DNA of 54,324 bases from Planctomycetota bacterium (GTDB taxonomy: Bacteria > Planctomycetota > Phycisphaerae > UBA1845), in contig JAJRSR010000029.1 in the NCBI GenBank assembly GCA_024278695.1, forward strand, positions 1 to 54,324, read 5' to 3'. The position numbers and the translations under genes were made by a program. Positions 1-10,752 of the stretch are shown here, in pieces. Under the pieces are notes generated by a model. It saw nothing but the letters and a program-made list of their open reading frames with translations. It made no database searches and had not been told where the DNA came from. Each line of letters opens with the position of its first letter. The stretch's first letter is position 1.

Positions 1-64
1 TATCGGAAGCCCGTGCCGAACGTTATGCGTCTGACAGCGCCGTTGAAGGGATGAATGGTAAGCA

Positions 65-1483
65 ATGAGTTCCGACTTGATTCGATTCATCGACTCGATT
101 AGCCGTGACAAGGCCATCGACAAAGAGAGCGTCTTTGTTGACTTGGAGACGGCCATCGTTTCGGCCATTCGCAAGGCATATCCGGAGGTCGAGGACGTGG
201 TCTGCACGATCGATCGGTTGATTGGCGAGATCAGCGCGACAGCAGACGGCGAACCCATCGACATGAAAACGCTGGGGCGCATTGCCGCGCAGACTGCCAA
301 GCAGGTGATGATCCAAAAGATTCGCGAGGACGAACGCGACTCAATTTTCGAAGAGTATTCCAAGCGCGTGGGTACCGTGGTGACAGGTACGGTGTCTCGT
401 TACGATGGCGGCGGGATTGTGGTCAACCTGGGCCGGGCGGAGGCTTTCATGCCTCGCAGCGAGCAGATTCCCGGTGGCTCGCACAGTGCTGGTGAGCGAA
501 TTCGCGGTATGATTCTTGACGTGCGTGAAGATCTCAGTCAGGTACGCATCGTCTTGACGCAAACCCATCCGGACTACATTCGCAAGTTGTTTGAATTGGA
601 AGTCCCGGAGGTGAGCGAGCGCATTATCGAGATTCGAGCACTCGCCCGTGAGGCCGGCTACCGGACCAAGCTCGCGGTGACGTCCATTGATGCCAAGGTT
701 GACCCCGTCGGCGCTTGCGTTGGCGTGCGCGGCAGCCGTATCCGAAATATCGTTGATGAACTCGGCGGCGAGAAGATTGATATTGTTCGATGGAACGAGT
801 CGTCTCAGGTTCTGATTACCAACGCACTCAAGCCGGCCGAGGTGAAGGAGACGTTTCTTTGCTTTGAGTTGGGTCGCGCTACGGTTATCGTCGATGAGGA
901 GCAGTTGTCCCTGGCCATCGGCAAACGCGGGCAGAACGTTCGTCTGGGCGCTCGGCTGACCGGATGGGACATCGATATCATGACGCCATCCGAATACGAC
1001 AAACATGTTGACGCGATGGATAAGGCGATGAAAACGATCGAAGGCGTGGACGACATGTTGCTTGATAAAATGCTGGCGATCGGTGTGGTCCGGCTCGATG
1101 ATCTGGTCGAGGTGGGCGTTGAGCCGGTGGTGAAAGAACTGGAGCTCGATGAAGAACTAGCGGCCAAGATTGTCGAGGTCGCGAGCGTGGAAGCCCAACG
1201 GCTTGCTGAGGAGGCAAAGGTTGCCAAGGCGGCTGAGGCTGCTGCCAGGGCGGCTGGCGAGCTGGACGCATCCGAAACAGAATCGGTTGCCGATGCTGGT
1301 ACTGGTGTAGGTTCTGACGAGGCCTCTGACGCTGCTAGCGGGAACGACGCAGCACCGGATGGTACTTCGAGCGAGGTCGCTGGTGATGTCGTCGATGCGC
1401 CGGTTTCGGAAGTTTCAGTTGATTCAGGCGTTGCGGATGCCGCATTGGACAGCGGTGCGGTCGAGGTTGACGGGGCGTCGTAG
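65..1483 (+). CDS. nusA: Transcription termination/antitermination factor NusA
   Basis: 472-aa ORF. It has a NusA N-terminal domain (MSSDLIRFIDSISRDKAID), an S1-like segment (GTVVTGTVSRYDGGGIVVNLG) and two KH motifs (PVGACVGVRGSRIRNIV; LAIGKRGQNVRLGARLTGWDIDI). A helical region and an acidic Asp/Ser/Ala tail follow. It lies directly upstream of infB, as in the canonical operon. Confidence 0.95.
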   Translation: MSSDLIRFIDSISRDKAIDKESVFVDLETAIVSAIRKAYPEVEDVVCTIDRLIGEISATADGEPIDMKTLGRIAAQTAKQVMIQKIREDERDSIFEEYSKRVGTVVTGTVSRYDGGGIVVNLGRAEAFMPRSEQIPGGSHSAGERIRGMILDVREDLSQVRIVLTQTHPDYIRKLFELEVPEVSERIIEIRALAREAGYRTKLAVTSIDAKVDPVGACVGVRGSRIRNIVDELGGEKIDIVRWNESSQVLITNALKPAEVKETFLCFELGRATVIVDEEQLSLAIGKRGQNVRLGARLTGWDIDIMTPSEYDKHVDAMDKAMKTIEGVDDMLLDKMLAIGVVRLDDLVEVGVEPVVKELELDEELAAKIVEVASVEAQRLAEEAKVAKAAEAAARAAGELDASETESVADAGTGVGSDEASDAASGNDAAPDGTSSEVAGDVVDAPVSEVSVDSGVADAALDSGAVEVDGAS

Positions 1484-1565
1484 CGTTGGTGCTGCGATAT
1501 GGATATAGACCCGGTTTGTCTTTTGATGATCCGGGTGGTCGATTCACTTTGTATGGAGATCGGAC

Positions 1566-4271
1566 TTGGCTGAGAAGATGCGCGTTCATGTTCTAGCGAA
1601 GGAACTGAACGTTCCCAGCAAGACGATCATCGAGAAGTGCAAGGCCGAAGGTGTAGACGTGGTCAAGAACCACATGTCTACCCTGAGTGCCGGTTTGCAC
1701 GCGACGATCCTGGAGTGGTTTAGCGACGGTAGTCACAACACGACGATCGAAACGGCTAAGCGCATCGATATTGAAAAGGTGCGTGTCACGAGTACGCCGA
1801 AGGAGGCTGCCCCGCCGGAAGACGTTGGTGGCGTTGCCGTGACGGCAACCGCCGAAGCGCCGGTCGCGCCTGTTCCGGATGTTGTTCCTGTTGGTGACGC
1901 TGTAGAGGTTGCTGACGCGCCGGTGGATCTACCCGTTGAACAGCCCACGGATGCGCCTGCTGAACCAACGGAGGTTGTCGGGGAACCTGCCGCACCGTCA
2001 AAGCCTGATGCGGGCGATGCGGTTCCGGGTGACCCTGCAGTGGTGGTTGGTGACGTAGCGCCGGTCGCGCCGGAAGCACCGGTAGAAGAACCTGCGGCAC
2101 CGCCCAAGCCGGTGATTCCGGCCGGTCCTCAAAACGTGCCCCAAGCTGCGAAGCTTCAGGGGCCGCGCGTCGTGCGCTATGAAGCCCCGGATTACGATAC
2201 GTTTACGCCGCGCCGCAGCAGCCCGACTCCTGGTGGTAGTACCGGTATGGGTGGTTCCGGCGGTCCGATGCCGGCTTCTCCTCCGGGTGCCGGTGCGGGT
2301 GATGCCGCGAAGAAGCGTGGTCGTGCAGGCGGCGCGCGGCGGAGCGGCGGCAAGGCTACGGCCGGTGAGAAGCTGGCCGAGTGGCGCGATCGCGATCTTG
2401 CGGAGCGGCGTCAGCGTCTTGCTGGTGCAACGGGGCGTCGCATTCACCGTCGGCGTTCGACACGAGGCGGTGGCGGTGGTCCTTCGGCAGATGTTGGGCC
2501 AAAGACCGAAGCGACGGTTCATGAACCTGTCCGTCTCAAGGAGTTTTGTTCTGAGACGGGGGTGAACTTTATTCAGTTGTTTAAGGTTCTCCAGAGCGAG
2601 CACGATATTGTGGCCAACATCAATATGGCTATCCCCACTGAGACTGCCCAACTGCTCGCGTTGAACTTTGGTATTGAACTCACGGTGGTTCCGGCGCGGA
2701 CCAAGCTGGACGAACTCAAGGATGAATGTGAGGCGCGTGAGCGCAAGCACCTCAAGCCCCGTCCGCCGGTGGTGGCGATGCTTGGTCATGTGGATCATGG
2801 CAAGACAAGTTTGCTTGATGCGATTCGCAGTGCGCACGTGGCCGCCGGCGAAGATGGCGGTATCACGCAGCACATCAGTTCGTACCACATTGAAACCGCG
2901 CACGGTTCGGTGACGTTTATCGACACACCGGGTCATGAGGCATTTACGGCTATGCGCGCTCGCGGTGCCCAGATTACGGACGTTGTTGTGTTGGTGGTCG
3001 CTGCGGATGACGGTCTGATGCCGCAGACGATTGAGGCGATCCGCCACGCGCAGGCTGCTGAGGTGCCGATCGTGGTCGCGCTGAATAAAATTGACTTGGG
3101 CGATCAGAACGTCGTCAAGATTTATGGTCAGCTTGCGGAGCACCAGCTCACGCCGAGTGGCGACTGGGGCGGCGATACCGACGTGATTCAGACCTCGGCG
3201 ACGACGAACATCGGCGTGACGGAGTTGGTCGAGCATTTGGCCGACCTGAGTGGGCTTTTGGAATTGAAGGCTGACGCGACGTTGCCGGCCGTGGGTACGG
3301 TGATCGAGGCGGAGACGAAGCCGGGCGTGGGTTCTGTGGTGCGTCTGCTGGTTCAAGAGGGGACGCTCAAGGAAGGCAACTTCATCGTGTGTGGTGGTGC
3401 GTTTGGTAAGGTGCGTGCGATCCTGGACGATCGCGGCAACCGAATCAAGTCGGCTGGTCCGTCGATGCCGGTAGAAGTGTGGGGGCTGGATGATGTTCCG
3501 ATGTCTGGCGACAAGCTCTACGCGGTTTCCGCGCAGCAGATAGCCAAAGAGATCGCTACTGAAACCAAACAGAAGCGTACCGAATCGGCGCGGCTACAAT
3601 CGCGCAAGGTGAAATCACTCGAGGAGATGTTCAAACGCGTCGATACCGGCGTCGTGCCCGAGTTGAACGTCATTATCAAGGCCGACGTCGATGGCTCGCT
3701 CGTGGCGCTCAAGCATTCGCTCATGGAGATTCCGTCGGAAGAGGTCAATCTGACGATCCGGCATGCGGCCGTCGGTCCGGTGAACGATAGCGATGTTTTG
3801 CTTGCGGCGACCAGTAATGGAATTGTTCTCGCCTTTCGCGTCGAGGTGCCGGTTGGCACGCGGCGTTTGGCCGAGAATCAGGGCGTGGATGTTCGTAACT
3901 ACCGCGTGATTTACGAGTGTTGTGATGACGTTCGTAAGGCGCTTTCCGGTCTGTTGACGCCGGACAAACATGTGGAGTCACGGGCGACGATCGACGTGCG
4001 GCAGGTCTTTAGGATTACCAAGGCGGGCATGGTGGCTGGTTCGTACGTGACTGACGGTGTGGTGAATCGAAATCATTTTGTGAAGATTCTGCGCGATGGT
4101 GCTGTGGTTCGTGAGGGCTGCCGGTTTGCGTCGCTCAAGCACTTCAAGGATGACGTCAAAGAGGTGCGTGCGGGTCTTGAGTGTGGCCTCCGGTTGGAGG
4201 GTTACGACGACATTCATGTCGGCGACACGCTCGAAACTTATGAGATTATTGAGGTCGCTCGTTCGCTCTAA
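1566..4271 (+). CDS. infB: Translation initiation factor IF-2
   Basis: 901-aa ORF starting at TTG 1566, with an alternative ATG at 1578. The N-terminal IF2 domain ([24 protein letters not shown]) is followed by a Pro/Ala-rich linker. GTPase motifs are [20 protein letters not shown] and NKID, followed by the conserved C-terminal domains. Confidence 0.97.
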   Translation: MAEKMRVHVLAKELNVPSKTIIEKCKAEGVDVVKNHMSTLSAGLHATILEWFSDGSHNTTIETAKRIDIEKVRVTSTPKEAAPPEDVGGVAVTATAEAPVAPVPDVVPVGDAVEVADAPVDLPVEQPTDAPAEPTEVVGEPAAPSKPDAGDAVPGDPAVVVGDVAPVAPEAPVEEPAAPPKPVIPAGPQNVPQAAKLQGPRVVRYEAPDYDTFTPRRSSPTPGGSTGMGGSGGPMPASPPGAGAGDAAKKRGRAGGARRSGGKATAGEKLAEWRDRDLAERRQRLAGATGRRIHRRRSTRGGGGGPSADVGPKTEATVHEPVRLKEFCSETGVNFIQLFKVLQSEHDIVANINMAIPTETAQLLALNFGIELTVVPARTKLDELKDECEARERKHLKPRPPVVAMLGHVDHGKTSLLDAIRSAHVAAGEDGGITQHISSYHIETAHGSVTFIDTPGHEAFTAMRARGAQITDVVVLVVAADDGLMPQTIEAIRHAQAAEVPIVVALNKIDLGDQNVVKIYGQLAEHQLTPSGDWGGDTDVIQTSATTNIGVTELVEHLADLSGLLELKADATLPAVGTVIEAETKPGVGSVVRLLVQEGTLKEGNFIVCGGAFGKVRAILDDRGNRIKSAGPSMPVEVWGLDDVPMSGDKLYAVSAQQIAKEIATETKQKRTESARLQSRKVKSLEEMFKRVDTGVVPELNVIIKADVDGSLVALKHSLMEIPSEEVNLTIRHAAVGPVNDSDVLLAATSNGIVLAFRVEVPVGTRRLAENQGVDVRNYRVIYECCDDVRKALSGLLTPDKHVESRATIDVRQVFRITKAGMVAGSYVTDGVVNRNHFVKILRDGAVVREGCRFASLKHFKDDVKEVRAGLECGLRLEGYDDIHVGDTLETYEIIEVARSL

Positions 4272-4286
4272 TACGTCGGGCGTGCC

Positions 4287-5486
4287 GTGGGCTTGTGCCG
4301 CTTCACCGTGGCGGATACCGCGATCGAAGATATGATCGAGTTCAAGGCTGAATGTGGGCACACGGTTCGTGCGCGGGACGAAGACGCCGGCGGTAGGGTT
4401 CGGTGTTCGTACTGCGGGCGCGATGCCGACGTGCCGGATCAAAATGATGCCGGCGATCTCGACTTTCTGTTTCAGGATGTTGAGCAGCAAGACGCGCCGG
4501 CGAAGCGCCGAAGAAAAAAGCGCAAGCCCAAAGCGCTGCGCGGAGGCGACCTGAAACCCGGCGGTATTGATCCTTTTTCCATCGTTCTCAAGGTTTGCTA
4601 TGTGACGGGTTTGATCGTGGTTTGCGTGGTCATCGCGCGTCAGTGGGTGATGCCTTTGTTTGAAGATGGTGCGCTCGCCAACCGCAGCAAGTCCCGGCAG
4701 GTGAACCGCACGCCCAAAGAGAAGCCGACGGTGAGAGCGTCGAAGTCAACCCGTGCTCCCGCGCCGGGGCTGATCGGGCGAACCGGGGCGAACGGGTTGT
4801 ATGTGGCCTCTACGCCGCCGGGGGCGACGGTGTTTGTCCTGGAGTTGTCGAAAGCTCCGAAGGTGGGACGGATTAACGAAGTCCAGGGTGCCCAGAAGCT
4901 CGCTCCGGGTTCTGGGACGATGAGGCTTTCGGACGGGTCGTATGTGGTTGAGGTCGCGTTCCCGTGGAACCATTCCGGCTTCACGGATGAGTCGCTACGT
5001 GATGCGGCCAACTATGTGGCGTTTCGCAAGAGCGTGGAAAATGCGTCTTTTGAACGCGGCGTCGAGTTGATGAAAGGGTATTTTCTTCCCGACGAGGCGA
5101 CAAATGTCTTTGTCGATCGGGCGGCCGGACAGATATACCTGGTGCGGCAATACCGTGATGTCGTGGTGCGTCGGGGGCGGTCGAAAGGTGTTCGTTCGAT
5201 TTTCCTACCGAAGCTGAAGGCTGAGGGATTGTCGACGTTCTTGTTAGAGCCGTTGCTGCAAGGCTACATTCCGTCCAAGAAGAACTATTCGTTTGATGAG
5301 GCACTTGTTCGGCGTGAATTGAAATACCATGACGTTGCGTCGTCAGACATTCGGCTTGTGGTCGAGGCATTGTCTCGTATCGGCGAGATTCCGTATGTCA
5401 CGGCCGACGGGCGTATGCGCTTGTTTCAGATTGGTATCTACGACGGCGAGTTTCGGGCTCCGTCGATCGAAGAGTTGGGCGAATGA
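4287..5486 (+). CDS. Hypothetical membrane protein with an N-terminal zinc ribbon, one TM helix and a PEGA-like segment
   Basis: 399-aa ORF starting at GTG 4287, with an alternative ATG at 4332. It has a zinc-ribbon-like motif (ECGHTV...RVRCSYCG), a basic patch (KRRRKKRKPK), a TM helix (VCYVTGLIVVCVVIA) and a PEGA-like beta segment (LYVASTPPGATVFVLE). It starts 15 nt after the infB stop. Its TGA overlaps the ATG of the next gene (ATGA at 5483-5486). Confidence 0.6.
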   Translation: MGLCRFTVADTAIEDMIEFKAECGHTVRARDEDAGGRVRCSYCGRDADVPDQNDAGDLDFLFQDVEQQDAPAKRRRKKRKPKALRGGDLKPGGIDPFSIVLKVCYVTGLIVVCVVIARQWVMPLFEDGALANRSKSRQVNRTPKEKPTVRASKSTRAPAPGLIGRTGANGLYVASTPPGATVFVLELSKAPKVGRINEVQGAQKLAPGSGTMRLSDGSYVVEVAFPWNHSGFTDESLRDAANYVAFRKSVENASFERGVELMKGYFLPDEATNVFVDRAAGQIYLVRQYRDVVVRRGRSKGVRSIFLPKLKAEGLSTFLLEPLLQGYIPSKKNYSFDEALVRRELKYHDVASSDIRLVVEALSRIGEIPYVTADGRMRLFQIGIYDGEFRAPSIEELGE

Positions 5487-5764
5487 TCGTCGGGGTGTTG
5501 CGTGTTGATGTGGCCGTCCTTGACGCGAGGAGCCTCAAGGACAAACGCCGCGTGCTGAAGAGTTTGAAGGATCGGGTGCGTCGTAAGTTCAACGTGTCGG
5601 TATCTGAGGTGGCGGATCATGATCTGATCAAACGGGGTCGGTTGGGTGTGGCGATGGTGGCGGTCGAGTCTCGACCGATTCATTCTCAGTTCGACCAGAT
5701 TGTCGATCTGATTCGGGCGACGCCTTATGCCACATTGGTCAACTATGAGCGGGAAATGCTGTAG
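5483..5764 (+). CDS. DUF503 (YlxP-like) protein
   Basis: 93-aa ORF (MIVGVLRVDVAVLDARSLKDKRRVLKSLKDRVRRKFNVSVSEV...) with the typical DUF503 sequence. It sits in the conserved position between infB and rbfA. Confidence 0.85.
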   Translation: MIVGVLRVDVAVLDARSLKDKRRVLKSLKDRVRRKFNVSVSEVADHDLIKRGRLGVAMVAVESRPIHSQFDQIVDLIRATPYATLVNYEREML

Positions 5765-5852
5765 GGGCGGTAAAGGCCTGGTGTTGAGAAGGTCGGAGAT
5801 TGATCGGCACCCGGCGGGTGTCGTTAACGAGCCAGTGGGCAAGTGAGCACGA

Positions 5853-6323
5853 ATGGGACAATACCGTAAGGAAAGATTGGCCAACCTGATCCGCACCGTC
5901 GTCAGCACGGCGGTCGCTCATCGCCTGCACGATCCGCGGCTGGAGCCGCTAACGACCGTGACGCGCGTGGAGATGTCGGCCGACATGTATTTTGCACGCG
6001 TGTACGTGTCGGTTCCAGGTGGTGAAGTCGCGGAACGGCGTACTGAGAAGGCGCTTCAGAAGGCGTCTGGTTTCATACGAAAGATGCTGGCGCAGGAGCT
6101 AACGATACGGTACTGTCCGGAGCTGACATTCGAGGTTGATAGAACCATCAAGAAGGTTCAGCGGACGATGGAGCTTCTCGACGAGATCAACCCGGTGTCT
6201 GGTTCGCCGTCAGGGCTCGATGATGGTGGCGGCTACGATGAAGAAGAATACGACGAAGACGCGGAGGTCGGTGATGCGACCCACGCGGAGCATGACGAAG
6301 CAACGCCCGAGTCGAAGGATTGA
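5853..6323 (+). CDS. rbfA: Ribosome-binding factor A
   Basis: 156-aa ORF. The RbfA-like core is RLANLIRTVVSTAVAHRLHDPRL..VTRVEMSADMYFARVYVSV...IRYCPELTFEVD. It also has an acidic C-terminal extension. Confidence 0.9.
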   Translation: MGQYRKERLANLIRTVVSTAVAHRLHDPRLEPLTTVTRVEMSADMYFARVYVSVPGGEVAERRTEKALQKASGFIRKMLAQELTIRYCPELTFEVDRTIKKVQRTMELLDEINPVSGSPSGLDDGGGYDEEEYDEDAEVGDATHAEHDEATPESKD

Positions 6324-6389
6324 CCGGCAGTGGCGGGCCGCATGGGAGGGTGACGAACACAACGTACGCGATAAGAGAGATGTTGGCAC

Positions 6390-7061
6390 ATGAAGAATGG
6401 CACGGCATACGCCGCGAAACTTAAGAAAGTCTATGCGAAGCAAAAGCAGTCGGTTGGCGCGGTTGAGGTTCCCGAACCTGACGACGCGATGAACCGCTTG
6501 GCCATCGGTGTGCTTGGTGTCGTCAATGGCGACGACTTCGCCCGCCGTCTTGTGGCCCGCATGTTGACGAACGTCGTCGGTTGGAACGAAGTTCGCGTGT
6601 CAAACGTGGTGGAATTGCAGCGGGCGGCCGGAGATACCGTGGAAAGCCATGCGCCTTACTACGAGCGTCTGCTGCGCGCATTGCAATCCGTCTATGACCA
6701 CGAAAACGCGCTGTCGCTGGAGCGGCTGCGGACCATCGGTCGGCGTGAAGGGCGTAGTTTTCTGGAGGCGTTGGACGGCGTCGATGAGTACGCGGTGGCT
6801 TCCGTGATTTTGTGGAGCTTCGGCGGTCATGCCATCCCGGTGTGTGATCGTTTGCTCGATACGCTCAGGGCGGCCGACGTTGTACACCCGGATGCCCCCC
6901 GCGCCGATGTGCAGGCGTTTTTGGAGCGGCATGTTCCCGCTGCGGAAGCCAAGCAGTTTTGCGTATCGATGAAGTCCTTCGTCGCACCGAAACGCACCGC
7001 GAAAAGCTCGGCGAAGAAAACGGTCAAGAAATCGACCCGTTCGACGTCGGCGAAGAAGTAG
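6390..7061 (+). CDS. Hypothetical protein, possibly an HhH/EndoIII-like fold, with a Lys-rich C-terminal tail
   Basis: 223-aa ORF with coding-like composition. The helical body resembles HhH-type DNA-binding folds only weakly. The C-terminus APKRTAKSSAKKTVKKSTRSTSAKK is histone-H1-like. Confidence 0.55.
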   Translation: MKNGTAYAAKLKKVYAKQKQSVGAVEVPEPDDAMNRLAIGVLGVVNGDDFARRLVARMLTNVVGWNEVRVSNVVELQRAAGDTVESHAPYYERLLRALQSVYDHENALSLERLRTIGRREGRSFLEALDGVDEYAVASVILWSFGGHAIPVCDRLLDTLRAADVVHPDAPRADVQAFLERHVPAAEAKQFCVSMKSFVAPKRTAKSSAKKTVKKSTRSTSAKK

Positions 7062-7159
7062 CCGTTGCCATTGCGGTCGCGCACTTGCCGGGTGTCGTAT
7101 AACAACAGATGCCTGAAGGATGGGCTGTGCTGAAGATATTGTCGCACGGAGGGTTGGCT

Positions 7160-10100
7160 ATGATTTGTGCCGTTTGCCAGCGTGTTCGATTGGGTTCGGT
7201 GCGCGAGACCGTAACCGGTTTCATGATCTTGTTCCTTCTTGGGTGCGCGGCGACCGAACCCGCGTCGATCACGACGACCACGACGAGCGCGGCCCCCACG
7301 CAGCCTGCACCCGGTGATCCCAAAACCACGATGGCCCTCGCGGATATCGAGCCGGTGGTGACAGCCCCGGTGCCTCCTGAAACGGTAGCGCCGTTGTCGG
7401 AGCGTGCGGTCAAGCGGCTCAATAAGGCGGATGCCTTTGTCGCCCAAGACCGTTTCACGGAGGCGTCGATCGAGCTCGAACGTGCGATGCGTTACGAGCC
7501 GAACCATCCGCAGATTCACGCGGCGCTGGCCGTGCTGCATTGGAAGGCTCGCAACATCGAGCGGGCCAAGGATCACGCGGGGCGTGCCATGACGGCGAAC
7601 CCCGCCGCCGCGGCACCGCACTATGTTCTCGGGCGGTGTCATCTCGAACGGGGTGATCGGATCAACGCGATCACATCGTTTCGTCGGGTGCTGCTTTGCC
7701 CGGATTTCTCGGCCAACTTTGAAATCGCGGCTTTGACGCGATACCACCTAGCTGCCGCGCTATCCCATGAGGGGTATGCGGCCGCCGCGCTCGAGCAGCT
7801 TGATGCGTTTGAGGGTTTGGTTGAAAACGTTGTTGACGCTGCAGAGGGTTCGGAACTGCGTCCGCTGCTTCAGCGCGGCTCTTCCTCGCCGGCGCGCATG
7901 CGGGCCGATCTTCTTGAGCAACTCGGACGCTACGCCGATGCGGCCGATGCGCTTCGAGGGCTCGCAGGGGATCAAGCCGACGTGGAGATGGCCATCCGGT
8001 TGACGCGGTTACTGCTGCGCGCGGGTGACACAGAGGGTGCGCTGGCGACGGTTCGGCAGATTCAATCCGACGAGCCTGAGGTGATCGACCTGCTTTTTGA
8101 GGTTCACGAGCAGCGCGGCAGACCGGAGGATGCGTTGGACGATTTGCAGTCGCGCATGGCGCTTCGTCCGGAAAGCGCCGCGCTATCCGAATCGCTGGTG
8201 GAAGTGCAGTTGCGGCTCGGTCGCGTTGATGAAGCGCAGGCGGTGTTACGCAGGCATCTTGGTCGTGACGCCGGCGATCAGGCCGCGTCCGACCAACTGG
8301 TGGATCTGCTGATGACGCACGGGCAGTCATCCGAGGCGATGGATATTTGTGCCGCTGCGATCCAAAAGTCTACCGATTGGCTACCAAAATGCGTGGAGCG
8401 CATTGTGGCGCAGGCGGCTGCCGGTGGGGGCTCGTTTGAAGCGCCTGCGGCCACGGCACCCGGAGCGACAGATACGGATTACGCGCAGTGTTACTTGCGG
8501 GCTAGGGTGGCGTCGGCTTCGGGTGATGAAGACGCGGCGATCCCGTGGCTGGAGCGGAGCCTTGAGCTTTCGGCGAAGTTTGTTCCGACGCGTGTGGCGC
8601 TGGCGCGGGCTTACATGGAACGTTTTCGTTATGATGCGGCGCTCGCGGTGGCCAAGCGCGTCGATGAGACCACCCCGGAAGATGCCCGGCTTGAATACCT
8701 GCTTGGTGTGGTCTACGAACGGCTGGATGATCTGCCCAATGCAGAGGTCCATCTTCGTGCGGCCACCCAGTTGGACCGAAGTGACGTCGCTTCCATGTTC
8801 GCGCTGGCCCGGGCGTACCGCCGGAGCGGCAAGACCAACTTGGCGCAGCGGCAGCTTCGGGTCTTGTTGACCACGGAGCGCGGGCACGAGGGTGGTCGAG
8901 AATTGTTGGCCGTCATGTACATGCGTGAGGGTAAGGGGAGACAGGCGTTCGAGCAGATCGAAGCGCTGAAGCAGTACTCGTCCAAGCCGACGACGATCGC
9001 CCGGTGCGAGACGCTTCTGGATAGTGATCTTCGACAGGATGTCGAGGCCGTGCGCGGTCATCTGCTCAAGGCGATGGAGATCGGCACACCGGATGCTGCG
9101 ACCTGGATTGCCATTGCGGAGACGTATACGGCTTACGATGCGGTCGCGCAGCGCAAGGCGTACGCGGCGGCGCTGGCGCTCGACCCTAATCATGACGAAG
9201 CGAGTACGTCTTTAGTTCGGGCGATGCAGCTTGATCTTGATTTTGAAGCAGCGGAGGTGCAGTTGCGAAAGATGCTCCGACGCCGCCCCAATCGGGTGCG
9301 TTGGCACAAAGAGCTCATCGACGTGCTGAACACGGTGCAGGATTATGATCGCGCGATCGCCCATGCCGAAGCGCAGGCGCAGCGCGAGGGTATCGATGCC
9401 GACGCACGCCGCGACTACCGGCTACGGCTGATGCAATCGCTCCGTGACGCCGGACGTGGCTCGGAGCTTCTTGATCGGCTCAAGGCATGGGCCGCAGCAG
9501 ATCCGGACGATCCGCAGTGGCGGCGTTGGTTGGCTGATGAGTATATGGAACAAGACCAAGCGGGTTTGGCCGTAGCGATCCGCAAGACACTGTTCGAAAA
9601 GACCCCGGACGACTGGTCCGCGCTTGGTGGGCTTGTGGCTGCGCTGGCGGATTCAGGGCGAAACGACCGGGCGATGCAGTATGTGCTTGACCGGCTTGAC
9701 GTAGATCCGGAAAGCGACAACGCGGTATGGATGTTGGCTTCGCTGCTGGCCGATGCGGAGCGACTGGATGAGGCGATCGAGTTGGTCCAGACGCGACTTT
9801 ATGATACCTACCAGCGGCAGTTCTTTCAGGATTTTCTGATCGGGCAGTTGCAGCGTGCCGAACGCTATGAAGAGGTGATCGACTACGTCGAGTCGCTTCA
9901 CGACGAGGCGCTGTTGCTGCTGGCTGATGCGGGTGCCGGTCGCCGACCGGCGCGTGGTGACGATGCCGCTCGACAGGTCTTGCAGCCGAACGAAGCTCGG
10001 AGTCCGCAGGCGCTGGAGTCGCGCATTCAGGCGTTGCGCGAGCGACTGGCCTTAGCCATGATCGGAGCTAAACGCTATGCCGCAGCCCGGCAGCGTACGA

Positions 10101-10699
10101 ACGATTGGCTCGAAAGCGCAGGAGACCCGGCCATCAAGGGGGCGTTCCTGCGGCTGTTAGCCTTTTGCTATCGTGCGGAGGGCAACGAGCTACGGGCGAC
10201 GGAGTTCATGGCGCAAGCCCTGGCCGATTCACCCGACGATGTGCTGCTCAACAATGACGTGGCCTACGCGTGGATCGATCGGGGGGTGCGAATGGCGGAG
10301 GCGGAGCGCATGTCCCGGTTCGCGCTGGGGTCTCGCCCGCAGCAGGGGGCTTACCTCGACACGTACGGCTGGTTGTTGTACAAAAAGGGTGATTTTTCGG
10401 GAGCTGTGAAGTGGCTCAATCGCTCGCGGAACTCGGCCACCGGTGATGATCCGGTCGTTCACGACCACCTGGGAGATGCCTACTGGCGATCGGGAAACAA
10501 GGCTAAGGCCGTCGAGATGTGGACCAAGGCTTCCGAGTTGGGAGAGGCCAAGGCCGGTGGCGCTGTGACCAGCGCTGATGAAAAACGGGTAAGGGAAACC
10601 GTGCAGCAGAAAATCGATGCGGCCGGCGCTGGCGCGGAACCGGCGATTGCGCCGTTGGCGCTGCCGGAGCGCGAGACAGAAAACGACGCGGAAAACTAA
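7160..10699 (+). CDS. Large TPR-repeat lipoprotein
   Basis: The frame is open from 7109. I prefer ATG 7160, which is preceded by GGAGGG at 7148-7153. That start gives a signal peptide with an LLGC lipobox (MICAVCQRVRLGSVRETVTGFMILFLLGC). About 1150 aa of degenerate TPR-like Ala/Leu/Arg-rich helical repeats follow (for example AxxxxxRALxxxPNHxxAxxxLA). Confidence 0.85.
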   Translation: MICAVCQRVRLGSVRETVTGFMILFLLGCAATEPASITTTTTSAAPTQPAPGDPKTTMALADIEPVVTAPVPPETVAPLSERAVKRLNKADAFVAQDRFTEASIELERAMRYEPNHPQIHAALAVLHWKARNIERAKDHAGRAMTANPAAAAPHYVLGRCHLERGDRINAITSFRRVLLCPDFSANFEIAALTRYHLAAALSHEGYAAAALEQLDAFEGLVENVVDAAEGSELRPLLQRGSSSPARMRADLLEQLGRYADAADALRGLAGDQADVEMAIRLTRLLLRAGDTEGALATVRQIQSDEPEVIDLLFEVHEQRGRPEDALDDLQSRMALRPESAALSESLVEVQLRLGRVDEAQAVLRRHLGRDAGDQAASDQLVDLLMTHGQSSEAMDICAAAIQKSTDWLPKCVERIVAQAAAGGGSFEAPAATAPGATDTDYAQCYLRARVASASGDEDAAIPWLERSLELSAKFVPTRVALARAYMERFRYDAALAVAKRVDETTPEDARLEYLLGVVYERLDDLPNAEVHLRAATQLDRSDVASMFALARAYRRSGKTNLAQRQLRVLLTTERGHEGGRELLAVMYMREGKGRQAFEQIEALKQYSSKPTTIARCETLLDSDLRQDVEAVRGHLLKAMEIGTPDAATWIAIAETYTAYDAVAQRKAYAAALALDPNHDEASTSLVRAMQLDLDFEAAEVQLRKMLRRRPNRVRWHKELIDVLNTVQDYDRAIAHAEAQAQREGIDADARRDYRLRLMQSLRDAGRGSELLDRLKAWAAADPDDPQWRRWLADEYMEQDQAGLAVAIRKTLFEKTPDDWSALGGLVAALADSGRNDRAMQYVLDRLDVDPESDNAVWMLASLLADAERLDEAIELVQTRLYDTYQRQFFQDFLIGQLQRAERYEEVIDYVESLHDEALLLLADAGAGRRPARGDDAARQVLQPNEARSPQALESRIQALRERLALAMIGAKRYAAARQRTNDWLESAGDPAIKGAFLRLLAFCYRAEGNELRATEFMAQALADSPDDVLLNNDVAYAWIDRGVRMAEAERMSRFALGSRPQQGAYLDTYGWLLYKKGDFSGAVKWLNRSRNSATGDDPVVHDHLGDAYWRSGNKAKAVEMWTKASELGEAKAGGAVTSADEKRVRETVQQKIDAAGAGAEPAIAPLALPERETENDAEN

Positions 10700-10752
10700 C
10701 GAGCGCTAAGCGATAAGCAAACGTGACAAGCGAACGAGATAGGAGTTAGGCG

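Noticed and set aside
1-54. Open frame at the window start (YRKPVPNVMRLTAPLKG-stop) that could be the 3' end of rimP, which precedes nusA in many bacteria.
   Set aside because: Only 17 codons are visible and I cannot recognise RimP-specific residues. Synteny alone is not enough to call a feature.
1998-3356. 452-aa minus-strand ORF antisense to infB. The same kind of long shadow ORF occurs at 341..1006, 6827..7747, 21921..22883, 21956..22756, 30920..31663, 32313..33041, 33904..34734, 34858..35685, 48098..49030, 51002..52243 and 53445..54020.
   Set aside because: All lie entirely opposite genes with unambiguous homologs. Their translations are Arg/His/Pro/Gly-rich low-complexity sequence, typical of antisense frames in high-GC DNA. 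They have no recognisable motifs.
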